NCBI GenBank assembly: GCA_964270895.1
Contig: OZ185444.1
DNA length: 64,000 nt
Origin: Podarcis filfolensis
Lineage: Eukaryota
Strand: one strand, 5' to 3'
Of the stretch, positions 36,445-50,232 are shown in pieces; the stretch's first letter is position 1, and each line of letters starts with the position of its first letter. The position numbers and the translations under genes were made by a program. The notes under the pieces were generated by a model. That model saw nothing but the letters and a program-made list of their open reading frames with translations, was not told the origin of the DNA and did not search any database.

Positions 36445-36928
36445 CTACAATCATGAGAAAGAAGTTAACAGGCTTGTCAAAGCTAATTATAACACAAGCT
36501 GTGCTGAGGAATTCTGGGAATTCCAGATAAACAACTGAGATTTCCCACCCACCGACCACAACATTTACTTGAAACCTTCTTTTCTAACAAAGCAGAACAT
36601 ACAGTGACTAACTGGGGTGCAGGGAGATAAAGGAGTCTATGGCAAACAGTAGGTAGCAAGCAAAACAGCAATAGATGCAGCCAAGGCAGCTAAGTAACCG
36701 ACAACTCACAGCAGCAGGAAAAGAGATTGCTGGCTGCATTTAACTGTGCCACTCAGTTGACAGTTCCCTACAAAACTTCAAAGTGGGAGTAATGGAGCAA
36801 GTTGCTTACAGGTGGGGAAACCACACTTGCTATAGGAGGAGTGTAGGATGTACACACACGTATTTTTTTCAAACAGAAGCACTGATAATTCCTGCAAGTG
36901 AACTGCACAAAAAGCTGTTGCTTCTTAC

Positions 36929-37036
36929 CTGGCCCCAGAGAAGTGTGCCCATTCCTAGAAAAATCGACCAGAGCCACTGTTCTACTGTAAGCTCTGAACA
37001 ACTGAAAGGTTTTCCTCCAAACTGCACAATGACGAT
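36929..37036 (-). CDS. ATP2B1: ATP2B1 exon 19 ([36 protein letters not shown])
   Basis: 108 nt; TM10; donor gtaaga; not in the ORF track. Confidence 0.98.
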
Positions 37037-37886
37037 CTGTTAAGAAAAATCACAAATATTATCACAACTTAATTTTTAAAAGTCGGTGCTGGCTATGCTG
37101 CACCAAATATTTGACCCGTCTATTCCGAAAATAAAACTCTGAGCTATTTTTCTGTTGGATTTTTAGAGCCCCCCAGAAGCTTGCTTCTGCCAATGCATCT
37201 GGTCTACTGTTTGTCGCCACCACGGGCATCTTTTGGTAGACAGCTAGGTCACGATTTGTGAAGCCCCTGGGAAACTGTGATGGGGTGATATTTTTATCTC
37301 TGCTTCCTGGAATGTTATTGTTTAATTATAGTTTTATATTGGTACTTTAATATTTTATATTATTATGTTGGATTGTATGTACATTGCCCTAGGTTTCCTT
37401 TGGGAAGATGGGTGGAGGAAAAATGCAATGAAGTAAAAAAATCACTACAAACTATGAATGTGCATTATTTGCATTTTAAGGGGCAGTTACCAGGGCAGTT
37501 CTGGGAGAAGTCATTCATTTTTTTGGAACCATACAAACATATTTAACACTCCAGTGCTGGTATCCAAAACACTAATTACTAATTCTGCCACATTCTTAGA
37601 TGGATACACTTAGCTTTAGTTGACAGTGGGCAGGGTCAGAGTCAAAAGTTCAATCTTATCTAACATGCAAATATAATGCCCATCTAATTGTGAAATTAGA
37701 AGCTGGATTTAAGTCACAAGATTTCCAAACAAAGTTGTTTTAACTGATCATGTTGGACCTATGAATTCATGGGCAGAGATAAGGACCTTAACTGTCACCT
37801 GTATTTTATCTCCAAATTTAAAGTATTTCTAAAGATGTCAGTCGAATTACATACTATGTTAGACCTGCTAAGGATGCTGTATCCTA

Positions 37887-37917
<31 letters not shown>

Positions 37918-37930
37918 TATATACATATAC
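37887..37930 (+). repeat. (ACATAT)n imperfect microsatellite
   Basis: Read directly. Confidence 0.9.
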
Positions 37931-38007
37931 ACAGAGAGAGAGAAAAAAACACTTTGGCAACAAAAAGTAAAAAATTCTTTATCAAGTAAGTTCAGTAACC
38001 AACCCAC

Positions 38008-38219
38008 CTGTACAATAAATGTGCCCAGAACTATGGTACAGAATATAGCATTATTGAAAATTCCTTCAAATACATTCCTTTCACCATGGATTTTTCGGGC
38101 ATTTATTTCATTAAAAAGCTGCATCATAACAAATGTATTAAACACAATAGTATAGTGCTCTGAAGGAGGTGCGTGAAGAGGTGCATTCCGTCCACTATCA
38201 ATGTCAAATATTTTTTCAC
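38008..38219 (-). CDS. ATP2B1: ATP2B1 exon 18 ([10 protein letters not shown]...[16 protein letters not shown]...FIVQ)
   Basis: 212 nt; donor gtgggt. Confidence 0.98.
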
Positions 38220-38403
38220 CTGTGAAGGGGAGATTAACACTCTCAGTATCTCGTGCTGATTCAGATTTTCATGTAAGGCATTACCATGTAAACATCAAAT
38301 ACTGAAGAGTTCATTTGAAAAATAAAATAGCTATTTGAGAAGCAGTCACAAAGCAAGCACTTAGCTTCTAAAAAGTTAAAGCTTAGGAATCTAGAATTCT
38401 TAC

Positions 38404-38617
38404 CAGCAAATAGGAGTGTAAAGACAACCACAAGCTGATAGCAAGCATGGCCCAGAATATTCTTCATCATTGTTCGCGAGATGAGAGGTTTATTTCTACC
38501 GTAAGGCTTCCTCAGCAAGAGAGCTTCTGTGGGTGGTTCCGTTGCCAAGGCAAGCGAAGCCAGTGTGTCCATTATGAGATTTACCCATAACATCTGAACA
38601 GCTTTAAGTGGAGAATC
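38404..38617 (-). CDS. ATP2B1: ATP2B1 exon 17 ([27 protein letters not shown]...LLFA)
   Basis: 214 nt; TM6/TM7; donor gtaaga. Confidence 0.98.
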
Positions 38618-38773
38618 CTACAAAAACGATACATTTCCTAATACATAAACACAAATATCCTAGAAACCAACAAGCCATGCAGCAGTTAAATATTTTCTCC
38701 ATTGAGGTTTGGTACTGTGCTTTTAAAAATACATCTAGTAAACTCACTCTAAAAAGCTAATATCATCAGTTTA

Positions 38774-39139
<366 letters not shown>

Positions 39140-40948
39140 TCATCCTTTGCTTTTAACATATATTTCAGTACAAAAGCTGTTATTATGATGCACTATCTTG
39201 ATAGCGAGTTTAAGTAATATCAAATGGTAAGAAGAATAACTATTGTGTCATATCCAATTGTTTAGGCTAGACACTGTCAGCATTTGTATATAAAAATCAA
39301 TTGCAACAATTATTAGTTCGGGTTTCTATCTGGAGATAGAGAGTTGTTGGCACTAATATTAACTGACTTAATAAAACATCCAATCCATTCCTTTGCACAT
39401 GCGGAAGAAAGTCTGATTTCAATGAGTCTTAGTCTAACGTACTCACTACAGAATTGCAATGCATAGACTCTACAAATCTTGAAAGTGAATTTCATCTGTT
39501 CCCACTAGGGATGATTACTGATGAAGTATGGCACATAAGCTAGTTAAAGCTATTCCAGTACAATAAACCCACAATGTAAGTATCTGAAATGGCACATTTT
39601 GGCTTCATTTGCCCTTTATCAATATTTTGCACATTTTTTGCTTAGATGAAAATAGCCTGACGCTCTAAAGCCTCTTTTGTTAGCCTCCAAAGCCACTAGG
39701 TGGCACAGTAGCACAGCTCCTGAATGTTCCATTCACATTAAGCAAATTCCACAAGTTCTAGCTGAGGAAAGCAATAGGTTTTGGAATCTAGGCATGGTCC
39801 CTTATGTATCATTCCAACAAGGAAAGTGGTCAGCTACTTGTGTCAAATGATTATGATCCACAAAATCAGAAAAGCTTCTAGTGTCAAAAACTGTTGGTAG
39901 TATAAAGAATGTTACTTATGCAGCAACACAGCTACTTCAACCAAAAAAGGAAGGGTAACCTTAAAATGCTACTACATATGTGAGTGGTATGGAGGGAATC
40001 TAAAGCTTCACCTGCCACAAGAGCAACAAGACCAATTCATTTCTACTTCTTGGAATGATCAATGAACCAGACTCAAAAGAAAAAAACCACACACATAGAA
40101 GCATTCATGGTTCAGCGTCATGTAAGTGACACCAAATTCTAAAGAGATAAGCTAGTCTACACTCATCTTAGTTGCAGTGGCACAATTCCACTATGACAAG
40201 GAAAAGGAACAGAAGAAACCTGATCTCAGCAATAAATGCTCAAATGTAGTATCAGCTTAGCATGAACCACATTAACTTCTCATGACCCAGCACGCTTCAG
40301 ATTAAAATGGCCAAAAGTGAGTTTCATACAATCTGACCTCAAGCAGCGACAGTAAAATTTCTCTCTGAGGTTTTCTTCACATTCCGTTTTCCACTTCTTC
40401 CCCCGCTATCTGTTCAGAACAGCCCCCCGGAATGCTCAATGATGGCTTTATATGTCTTTACACAAACTAAGAATCCCAGCTATTTTAGCTGGTATTATCA
40501 AAACATAGGTTTATTGTGCCATCTCCACATTAATAGCTTCAGGTTCCTACTTTTGATTTTAGATTCAGAGACACAAGTTACTCCACATCCCACCCTTCAC
40601 CAAGAAAGCTGCAACATAATATACTGAAAAATCAAGTTGTGCTTCTATCCCAATTGACACAGTGAACAGATGGGAACCCAGCTGCAGTCCTGTTTCACTT
40701 TTCATACATGTGTAATCCTGTATATGGACATTGTAAGTTTATGCAGTTTCCCTCTTCAAGGTTATTTCAGAATAGGGTTAACAGAAAGCCAAGGGAGCTG
40801 CAATCAGTTTTGCTCTTGCCACTGCTGAGTGTAAGTTAGATGTATTCAATCTTTGGTATAAATCCAAATGTTCATCACAATGAAAACTGGCAGTACAGCT
40901 CAGCAAAGGAGCACTTATCAAAATCAGTAGACAGAAGTTTAAACTTAC

Positions 40949-41055
40949 CATGGCAAAGCCAACATCTGCTTTTTTCAATGCTGGACCATCGTTGGTACCA
41001 TCACCAGTCACCGCTACAACTTGCCTCTGTTCTGAAACTGTGCTGTCTATTATAC
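40949..41055 (-). CDS. ATP2B1: ATP2B1 exon 15 ([36 protein letters not shown])
   Basis: 107 nt; GDGTND hinge motif; donor gtaagt. Confidence 0.98.
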
Positions 41056-41435
41056 CTAAAATGGAAGTACAGATATATGAATTGCCATCAAAATACAAAT
41101 CATGAGCTGCTGTTTGGCCTTGACCTAATATTAACCGTATTAAGAAGAGGTATGGCCTCCTGATCCTAAAGACCTTTATCCAGTCAGTGAATAGATGTCC
41201 TTGATTAAATGGTTGGACAAGTCTTTTCTAAAATACTTTGGTTAACACCTCTTTAAATTTTTGCCCTTTAATGCCTGCAGAGCAGGGTTACAGATCTGAA
41301 GGATGACCTTGACAGCCCTAGATACAGGATTGATATGATCAATACAAGTATCATGGGCTAAAATAAAAAGTTTATTCTCCCCGCTCCAAAGGAAAGCAAT
41401 CAGTTATAGTCAACCCTTCTATTTGAGAATGCTTA

Positions 41436-41546
<111 letters not shown>

Positions 41547-41573
41547 TTAGCTTTATAACTAAGCAAACTTTCA

Positions 41574-41792
<219 letters not shown>

Positions 41793-42806
41793 CTAATTTT
41801 TATTTTGAAAAAAGAATAGTTTATGAAGAAGCTTTGCTACATGGACATGCTTGAAACATTATTTATCCACAACTCTCTGCCCTCCAATCTCCTGCTTACT
41901 TAATCTCAAATTGTCCTTCAGTTGAAATAATATGGCTTAACACAGTTCCATAGATAATTTTGTATCATCATGTTATTAGGCATATATTCCAAATATAAAC
42001 ATGTATATTTGGGTGTTAATGGCAACAACTGGGCATCTGTAACATTTAAGCTCCTATAGCTTACAGTTAACTTATTAAATGCACTTACTACTAAAAACAT
42101 TTGGGTGTCCCATCTTTGAAAGGTTTTAAGGCTGAGAGAGAGACTGGGACTGAAGTCTCCTGTTTAACTAATGTATAAAATTTTTCTTGCTATTTTGAGA
42201 CAAAGCCTAATTCTCAGACATTTGACACAAGTTTTGTTATCAGACCCTGTAACACAGCAGACTACTTATGAGGGTTCACTTGCTATCTAAGAGAACTACG
42301 ACTTAAGCTTGATCAGCAGGGCAGGAAAAAACATTCTGCAAATGTCTAGTAACTTTTAGATTAAAAGCACATGCTGTTTATACTGAATATTTCTCTCATT
42401 TGGGGTATTTAATTAGGGTTTTTTTAAAAAAAGTAGCTGATTTCCACCATCACCACCTATTGCATTGCAGCATGGATAAAGACATGTTCTTAAAGAGGCA
42501 GAGGGATCTACCCCACCTCACACAAATTCAGGATGTCATATTATGTTTCCCTAAAAATGACACCATCTGCAGCAGTTACTTTTCACTCACAAAAGGGACT
42601 TGAAGAAGGAACTCAAGCCAATCAAAATGAAGATGTGAATTTATCTTTATTTGGTTATATTAGGTCTCGGGAATTATTTTAATGCCTTGACATGCTTACA
42701 CCTGTTTTCGAAGTAAAGTATGGCATTGTTTCCAAACACTGGCAGAACATTATTACTTTAGCAAATAATGTTCTAAAACACACTTTAATGAAGAGTTTCC
42801 GCCTAC

Positions 42807-43044
42807 CTCAGGCCTCACAGGGTCTTCAATGCCTACAATAGCAATACATGTAAGCCCAGTGACAATGTCATTTTCATTGTCCCATTCTGGCTCAGGTTCT
42901 CCAGCTGGGAAGTCTCTGAATGCCAGACATATGGTTCTGAGTCCCTCTGAGGCCATAGGCTCAATCACAGTTTTTACAATATCATCACGGTCCCTTGGCC
43001 TGAACACTTTGGATTCACCATTCGCGCTCAGTATCTTGAAGCAC
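42807..43044 (-). CDS. ATP2B1: ATP2B1 exon 12 ([10 protein letters not shown]...GIEDPVRPE)
   Basis: 238 nt; donor gtaggc. Confidence 0.98.
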
Positions 43045-44210
43045 CTGAAAACAAAATAGAAACAATTTTCAAGATTCAGAACATTCAATAAAAAAGGTCA
43101 TCTGCATTGCAGGTACTTTCTGGGGCTAACATTAAATATTCCTAAATCTTGCAGCAGCTAGATACACATGCATCCCAGCACAGATTTCATGAAGAACATG
43201 GTTGCCTTGTCATCCCACCTCCCAGTATGTGAACATTTTTATGCCGATGCTTGGTGGTGGGGATAGGGAAGGTAAAGGCTAGCGAAGGCACAAAAGTGGG
43301 GGAGGGATTCACAGTACGGCATTCCTACCATGTTCTAGGAGTATCGCCCAGGAGTTTATCCTGCTCCCCTTTGCCAGCATCTCACAGCCCAGCAGTAACA
43401 AAGGTAATGCACCCAAAATGGGAAAGGTTTTCACTCAGATGTTAAAAACATTAGGACAAGGCTCAGAAGAGTAGCAAGATCCGTTCCAGTAAGAGGTGCT
43501 GTAGTCCTGGCATTGTCATATTTTATATATAGGGTAAGTGCTTAGCAGATCATAAAATGCATATTCATATATTCACAAGAATGTCAAGGCTACAAGCCAA
43601 CTCTACAAGTCTTCACAAAAGAGGGAACTGTTCAGGAGCTGAATTGTCATGTTTTCCTACAGACCCCCCCTTATCTTCCGCAATCAGTTCAGTGTGACCT
43701 GTAAGATAAAGTACACAATAGCCTGAACTGCAAAAGCAAAATGACTGTTTCTAGCTCCCTTTTCACCCAGTCCATGTGAACAAGTTTGCCCTCACTGACC
43801 ACCAAACTTTGCAATTAAAAAGTAAGAAAAGAATACATTTCATTCAATAGGCAGATAATGAAAACTATCATCTTAAAGGGAAGACGAGCAGGAAATACTT
43901 CACTGTTTCTATGATTAAGCGACAAGATTATATATCTAATCCCTAGCAAAAAGTAGTAATTGCATCACATGACTAATGAAAGTAAAATGCAACTTTGTAT
44001 TCACCGAAGACTTGGAAAGTAACTAGCTTAAGTTTGGGTCAAGCTCTATACCAACATCTTATAGGAAAGGTTTCTAAATTAGCTAGTTCTAAGAACTCCT
44101 GACTTGGACAATGAAGAAATACAGTGCTTAAAAGCCAAGGAACAGAAGGTACCATTTCAGGAATTTCATCACACAGTTATATGATAAGAGACCACAAAAA
44201 GTTAACTTGC

Positions 44211-44452
44211 TTTTTAAGCACTATCTCCGAGGCACCCTTGCTGAATATCCGGAAACTGCCATCAGAGTTCTTTAACACAGTACTCATGGACTTTCTAACA
44301 GAGTTGAAGGTGTAGACTTTGTAAAGTGCCTCTTCTGGTATTTCGTTTCTAACATCCTGGTAGTCTCGTTTCAAATCCAGCAGCAGTCCCAGCAAGGCAC
44401 ATTCAGTTTTATTACCAACATGACGGGGCAAGCCACCTTCCTTTTCAGGAGG
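44211..44452 (-). CDS. ATP2B1: ATP2B1 exon 11 (nucleotide-binding domain, KGASE); ends at a non-canonical GC donor
   Basis: 242 nt; [22 protein letters not shown]...[11 protein letters not shown]; donor gcaagt is required for the phase-2 join to exon 12. Confidence 0.95.
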
Positions 44453-45579
44453 CTGAAAGACAGAATAAACCCTTGAGAAGGAATTTGCTTCTGGTTCAAG
44501 GAAATAAGGAATAGGCAGCAGCTTAGAATTCAGCATCTCAGAAATCATACGCTGAAGGTTTGCAAGTTATATGCTGAAACTGGATGCAAATTTTAGCTTA
44601 CACACCTCTTTAAAGAATATGTCACTGCTTAGGGGCAGTTTAATGTTCATAAAGTGCAACCAATAGAAAAATTTATATTACTAATTTGTCTTCTCAAGTC
44701 AGAGCACAAGCACTAAAAGTCAGAGACAATTTCAGGAGTCATATTAGTTCTTAGAAAGCTGTTAAATTAGACTCAATGAGTAACTGAGGGTCAGTTCTTA
44801 CAGACTGGCAGGATAATGGTGCAATGAGGAAGGTCAGGTGCACATTTCAATACCAGGCAAGACACAGAGACACATTTGTAGTTTGGTGTTCAGCATGGAA
44901 TGGCCCTTTTACCAAGGCCAAACAAAAATAAAGGATAGTGTCATTTGTAAACATGTCCTTAAATCAGTACAACTGCTAGTTTGCAGGTATGTGGGCCTGC
45001 ATAATACAACACATAAAGCCAAACTCAATTCACTAACCATGCTCTGTAAGCTGCTCAATAAACTTGTTTTTGCTGCCTACCTGAGACTGCAAAAACAGGG
45101 GGTGTTGAGCACTGTCAGGCCACACAGAGAATGGTTGGTGTTTGGCTTGGTGAGTCTGCTAAGGCAATTCTTGCATATTTCACTGCTCTTCCCAATCAGA
45201 GCAACAGATAAAATACTGAAAGGACAAGAAAGCTAAAATGACAAGTGAAACTTTGTGACTCCAGAACAGTTTCAGTAGATCATATACATTAGTACTTGAG
45301 AAATTTGAACTAATTAAGCCATGAATTAAGTAAGCCGAGGCATAAAATTATCAGTTTCAGAATTAATTGATGCTATTTTATCCAGAAAATAGACAAACTT
45401 TTAAATTATTATTATTATGCTTTTATTGTTATTGCTCTATCCCAGGAAATACATTTCAACTCAAAATGCATTAGAGCTGAGAAGAGCAATGTAGAGCCAT
45501 TTGGCATTTCAAAAACCAAATGCCAAAAAATTATTTAGCCAAGGAAGCTCAAATATCATATTAACATTCATTTTAATTA

Positions 45580-45746
45580 CCGTATTTTTCCGTGTATAAG
45601 ACTTCCCCATGTATAAGACGCCTCCTATTTTGGGGGACTCCAAATTAAGAAAACACCCCTCAGCACTACCCGTATATAAGACGAGCCCCAATTTTAAACC
45701 TAATTTTTTGGTAAAAAACCCTAGTCTTATACACGGAAAAATATGG
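45580..45746. mobile_element. Tc1/mariner-superfamily (Tc2-like) MITE, 167 bp
   Basis: TIRs ccgtatttttccgtgtataagac...gtcttatacacggaaaaatatgg; TA TSD. Confidence 0.88.
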
Positions 45747-45968
45747 TATATTCCCAATAGTTATTCAGAAGGATCAAAGCTTTCCCATCAGCTTAGTAAT
45801 CTTTCAGTAATGTACATATATGACATATATGACATTAGTAAACATGTTTATTATAGAACTCTGAAGAATTTAAATGAGAACAATCCTTCAAAAGTTATGA
45901 GACCTATTGTTTCAATGGGAGATGCTTTAACTCTACCACTGAATCAATAGTTTCCAATACACACTTAC

Positions 45969-46211
45969 CAAGATTTTGGAAGTATAAGCAGAGTTTACAG
46001 AGATTCCTGTTACAAGGTATGACAAGGTTTTCTCAGGAATAGCTTGTGCCTCAGGAATTTTTTTATAATGTTTTTCACTGATGTAAGCTTGGACTACCGT
46101 CATTCTGTTCATTGTCAATGTTCCTGTTTTATCTGAGCAAATGGCTGTTGCATTTCCCATTGTTTCACAAGCATCCAGATGTCTGACCAAGTTATTATCT
46201 TTCATCATTTT
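45969..46211 (-). CDS. ATP2B1: ATP2B1 exon 10 (contains the catalytic DKTGT phosphorylation site)
   Basis: 243 nt; CSDKTGTLT; donor gtaagt. Confidence 0.98.
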
Positions 46212-46628
46212 CTATAAAAAAGAGATTAAGTCAGTCTAACAGCATTAAACACATTTTTAGAATTCACTTGTCATTGTGCATGCTGAGGTTGAGATTCCTC
46301 AATAATAAATATTCAATGGATATCCCATATTTAAGCTTTATAATTAGTACCCAGAGAGTAAAGATAAAATCAATTGACAGATGCATCGACTGTAAGGGTT
46401 ATTTTAACAAGCATATTCCTTGTGTTTGGAAGAGTTACATTTAATGCTGAGTGATTACTTTATGACCACAGTGTTTGTAAAGATAGGTTGATGCAGAACA
46501 AACCAACAGAACAAGCAGATAAACCATTCAAAAACATTTCATTGATCCAGTTTCTTAGGAAAAACATCTATGAACATATATACTATATAATGTACTACCA
46601 TACAAAAGCATAGGTTTCTCACACATAC

Positions 46629-46843
46629 CTTTACAGAGTAAGCCAGTGAGATAGTAACTGCAAGTGGAAGACCCTCTGGAACTGCCACAACCAGGACAGT
46701 AACACCAATGATAAAGAACTTTACAAAGTACTGAATATATATTGGTGTACATTCAGCAAGCCAAGGACGTTTCTGGACCCAGAAGGTATCAATTACAAAA
46801 TATAATACAAGAATGATGACTGTGACTGCAGACATCAGCAATC
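46629..46843 (-). CDS. ATP2B1: ATP2B1 exon 9 (TM3/TM4, [21 protein letters not shown])
   Basis: 215 nt; PEGL motif; donor gtatgt. Confidence 0.98.
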
Positions 46844-47020
46844 CTTTTAGGAAGAGATGAGAACCAGTTAATCATTCATATTATTGACAAAACTCTAAAA
46901 ATAGGTCTCAAAAACTCATTTCAAAATTTTAATACAAAGTTAAGTTTGAGAAAAGATCTACAGTTGAATGCTTGCTCATTAAGAATCTGGCATTAAGGAT
47001 GAACACTAAATAAACCATAC

Positions 47021-47176
47021 CTGCTTTGCCAATCTGAACTGCTAGCTTAGTGAGCTTTCCTTGAAGAACTGATTTTTCTTTCTTGGGCATATTGTTTCTT
47101 TTTTTGTCATCTCCATCACCACCATCTTCACTTTTTAGGGGCTGCATTTCCATCGCTGCACCATCCTGAGCTTTTG
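47021..47176 (-). CDS. ATP2B1: ATP2B1 exon 8 ([17 protein letters not shown]...[12 protein letters not shown])
   Basis: 156 nt, phase 1-1; donor gtatgg. Confidence 0.97.
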
Positions 47177-48612
47177 CTAAGTTTAAGGGGGGAAATAATA
47201 GATAAACCACCACTCCTAACACTATAGAGTAAACCTCAAATTAAAGATTTAGTCATTGACATTTATTCTATATCTAGAGCAGCATGTATTTAATATTCTG
47301 AAATTAAAGGGGTGAAGAATAGATAGCAAGACTGGCTTATGTGACCAAGTGACTCTCTACTCCATGTTTGCCTGTTTTGCATGCCTCCAACAAAAATCCT
47401 GTTACCCAAATTCTGCAAACTACAGAAAACTCTAGGAAAAGGAATGGTGTTTGCTTAGCTTTAGGCACATGTCAAATGCAGGGGGAAGGCATACATGCAT
47501 CCTTTCCCCCAAGTTTTTCTCCAGTTCAGAGAACTCAAGGGGTGTTTAGTGGAGTTCTCTTTATTCTCTTTATTCCTGACAAAGACAAACAGCATTCTGC
47601 ACATGTCCAACACAATGACGAAGGGCACTACTCATTGCCCTTCTTACCTGAGTACTCCACAGGGTTGGGGTGCATGAGAGAGGGGTCCATGGCAAACAAA
47701 GAACTGGATACAGTTATTTGCATCTCAGGCCACAGAGAATGAAAGAAATTGCTTTGAGAAATAGACTTATTACAGCACAATGCCTTGTGATATTAAACAT
47801 GGGTCTGTTGCTGAAATGTTCACTGACTGGACAACACAAGCAGAGACGGGGAAAGTACACTAAGGGAAAGTGACAGTGGGCTGCCATTTTCAGACACAAT
47901 CCTGCATTTATAAGAACAGTACTATACCCTCACAGAACACGGCAATAGAATACTGACTTTTCAGACTATCAACTGGCTTGGACTTGCTATAAAACCATGG
48001 TCAGATTGAGAGGAGGCCTCAGAATTACATCCTTCACTCCGCCGCATCTGAGAGTGAGCCACTTGGAACCCCAGCTAGAACTCCGTATTAAGCAAAAGTC
48101 CAGCTTAGCTTTAACTTTGGTGAATATTGGCACTGATCGAATTCTTAACTGCAGTTTAAGCTCTGTGTTGGGGGAAGGAGCACATGAGCCTGCGGTCCCT
48201 TTTCAATCTCTTAAACATATTTAAGAATATGGGAGGAATTCAATGTTGTGCTTTAACAAGCAGCTTGCCATAAGGAACAATAGTTCCTCCCTTCCCCTCA
48301 CATGCTGTTCTAAGGGTTCTCCTGGGCCACCACCCCCAGCCAATTTTTTTGGGTACAGACAGCAGAAAGGGGAGAAGGTTCCATTGTGCAAGTGGAAGTC
48401 CTTACACAGCGCTTCCACTGACAGGGTGCATTTGCTGAATCCCATCAGTTCCATATATCCTAGCATAAGATTGTGAGGGCAAGTTACATATATTAGATGC
48501 AAGATTAAGCTATGTAGAGTTTTAGAATGTGATGCACAACTTTTGCCTAAAAGTTATGGTTAATCCGGCTTGCTCAAAAAATCAAGTTAATGTTGTAAGT
48601 ACTGTTAATTAC

Positions 48613-48651
48613 CTTTGTTACGATTTTCAATAGCCCCATCTTGTTTTTTAC
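48613..48651 (-). CDS. ATP2B1: ATP2B1 exon 7, 39-nt splice-site-A exon (SKKQDGAIENRNK)
   Basis: Acceptor ttttattggcag, donor gtaatt; 39 nt and the KQDGAIENRNK sequence are diagnostic for PMCA1 among PMCA paralogues. Confidence 0.96.
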
Positions 48652-49459
48652 CTGCCAATAAAAAAATAGTTGTTTTTAGAAATCTAGGATCAAAGCGCTT
48701 TTAGATTTGGATAATGAGATCTTCTGCTCAATTATCTAGTCTTAAAGGGCATTGCTGCACCAACAGCATGAAGAGGAGACTTTTTATAATTTCTCGTATA
48801 ATTGCGAAGTCTGCGTAAGCGTTTATTGCTGTGCTGGACCAGGCTCTTTCACAGTAATTGAGTAGTTTTCTGGACTTCAGGAATGCATACCAATCTAAAA
48901 AGATACTAAATGTATTATAGCAACTAAATCAGGTTCTTTTAAATGCCAGGGTTGGGAAAGGGGCTGATAGCCACCAGGATCACAGCATGCAGGGAACTGT
49001 GGCTTAACCCTTCCCTCCCCAGTCATTATATCAATAAAGATCCTTCCTCACACCCCATTCACTTTAAGAAAAAAAGCTCCCATTGACACTACTGGTGGCA
49101 GGGAGCAATTTTCATTTCAACTGTGGCTGTGAAAGAAAGGGTTAAATCTCCTGCAATGTTCCCCATGAAGTTCAGCTCTCCCTGTGCCCAGTATTAAATA
49201 TTAAAAACTTGACATAATTGCTAATGACACATTTAGAATTATGTCTTGCTTGATACTAAGGTGTAGATCCCAATGTGTTTCAGAAGACAGTTGGAATGTT
49301 CAGGTTTAATTTCACTTAGAATAAGCCTGCAATTCTTTAAATGTAACAGTGTTCAACTGTTCAGAGGTGCCATGTTTTGGAGGAACTTTATGCCTCTGAA
49401 CATTGTGACAGGAGATGGAAGGTGATTAGTTTCATATGTAAGCTTACAATACATATGTA

Positions 49460-50232
49460 CAGTGGTACCTCGGTTTTCGAACAGCTTAGTTCCCGAACAA
49501 CTCAGAACCCGAACGCTACAAACCCAGAAGTAGGTATTAGGGTTTTCAAACTTTGCCTCAGAAGCCGAACATGCTCCTAAGCTTCCGTTTTCACTGTTGT
49601 GCAGCTCATTTGAGTCCCCTGCATAGCAATTAAGGATTTTTTCATCCCGTTTTACCCTTGTGCGGCAAATTTAAGCCCCCCCCATCGTAATAATGGTTTT
49701 TTATCCCGTTTTACCCTTGCACAACTAATTTAAGTCCCCCCCAATTGTAATTAAAGCCTTCCGTTTCTGATTGCAGTGTTCTGAGGTGATATTTGGTGCT
49801 TTTGTTTTTGCTATTTTTTGCGTTTTTGTTTGTGTGGCTTTTTCATTTTTGTGACTGTGGCTTGTTTTTCGTTTTATGATTGATTGATTGATTGTGTGAC
49901 TGCGGAAATGGATAAAAGTCCCCCATCCAAATAATGACTATCATCAGGGCAGGTAAGAAAATAATAATAATTTTAATTTTTATCATCTACAATACTGTCT
50001 TATTTATTTTATAGTACAGAACATTATTATTGCTTTCATTTTATGGCTCAGTGGTCTTGTTAGATAGTAACATTCATGTTAAATTTCTGTTTTAGGGGTT
50101 GTTTTTAAAAGTCGGAATGGATCAATCCATTTTGCATTACTTTCTATGGGAAAGTGCACCTTGGTTTTGGAATGCTTTGGTTTTGGAACAGACTTCCAGA
50201 ACCGATTAAGTTTGAGAACCAAGGTACCACTG
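49460..50232. mobile_element. 773-bp non-autonomous pogo/Tigger-like element
   Basis: TIRs cagtggtacctcggttttcgaac...tttgagaaccaaggtaccactg; TA TSD; internal ~60-bp direct repeat at about 49635-49750. Confidence 0.85.
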
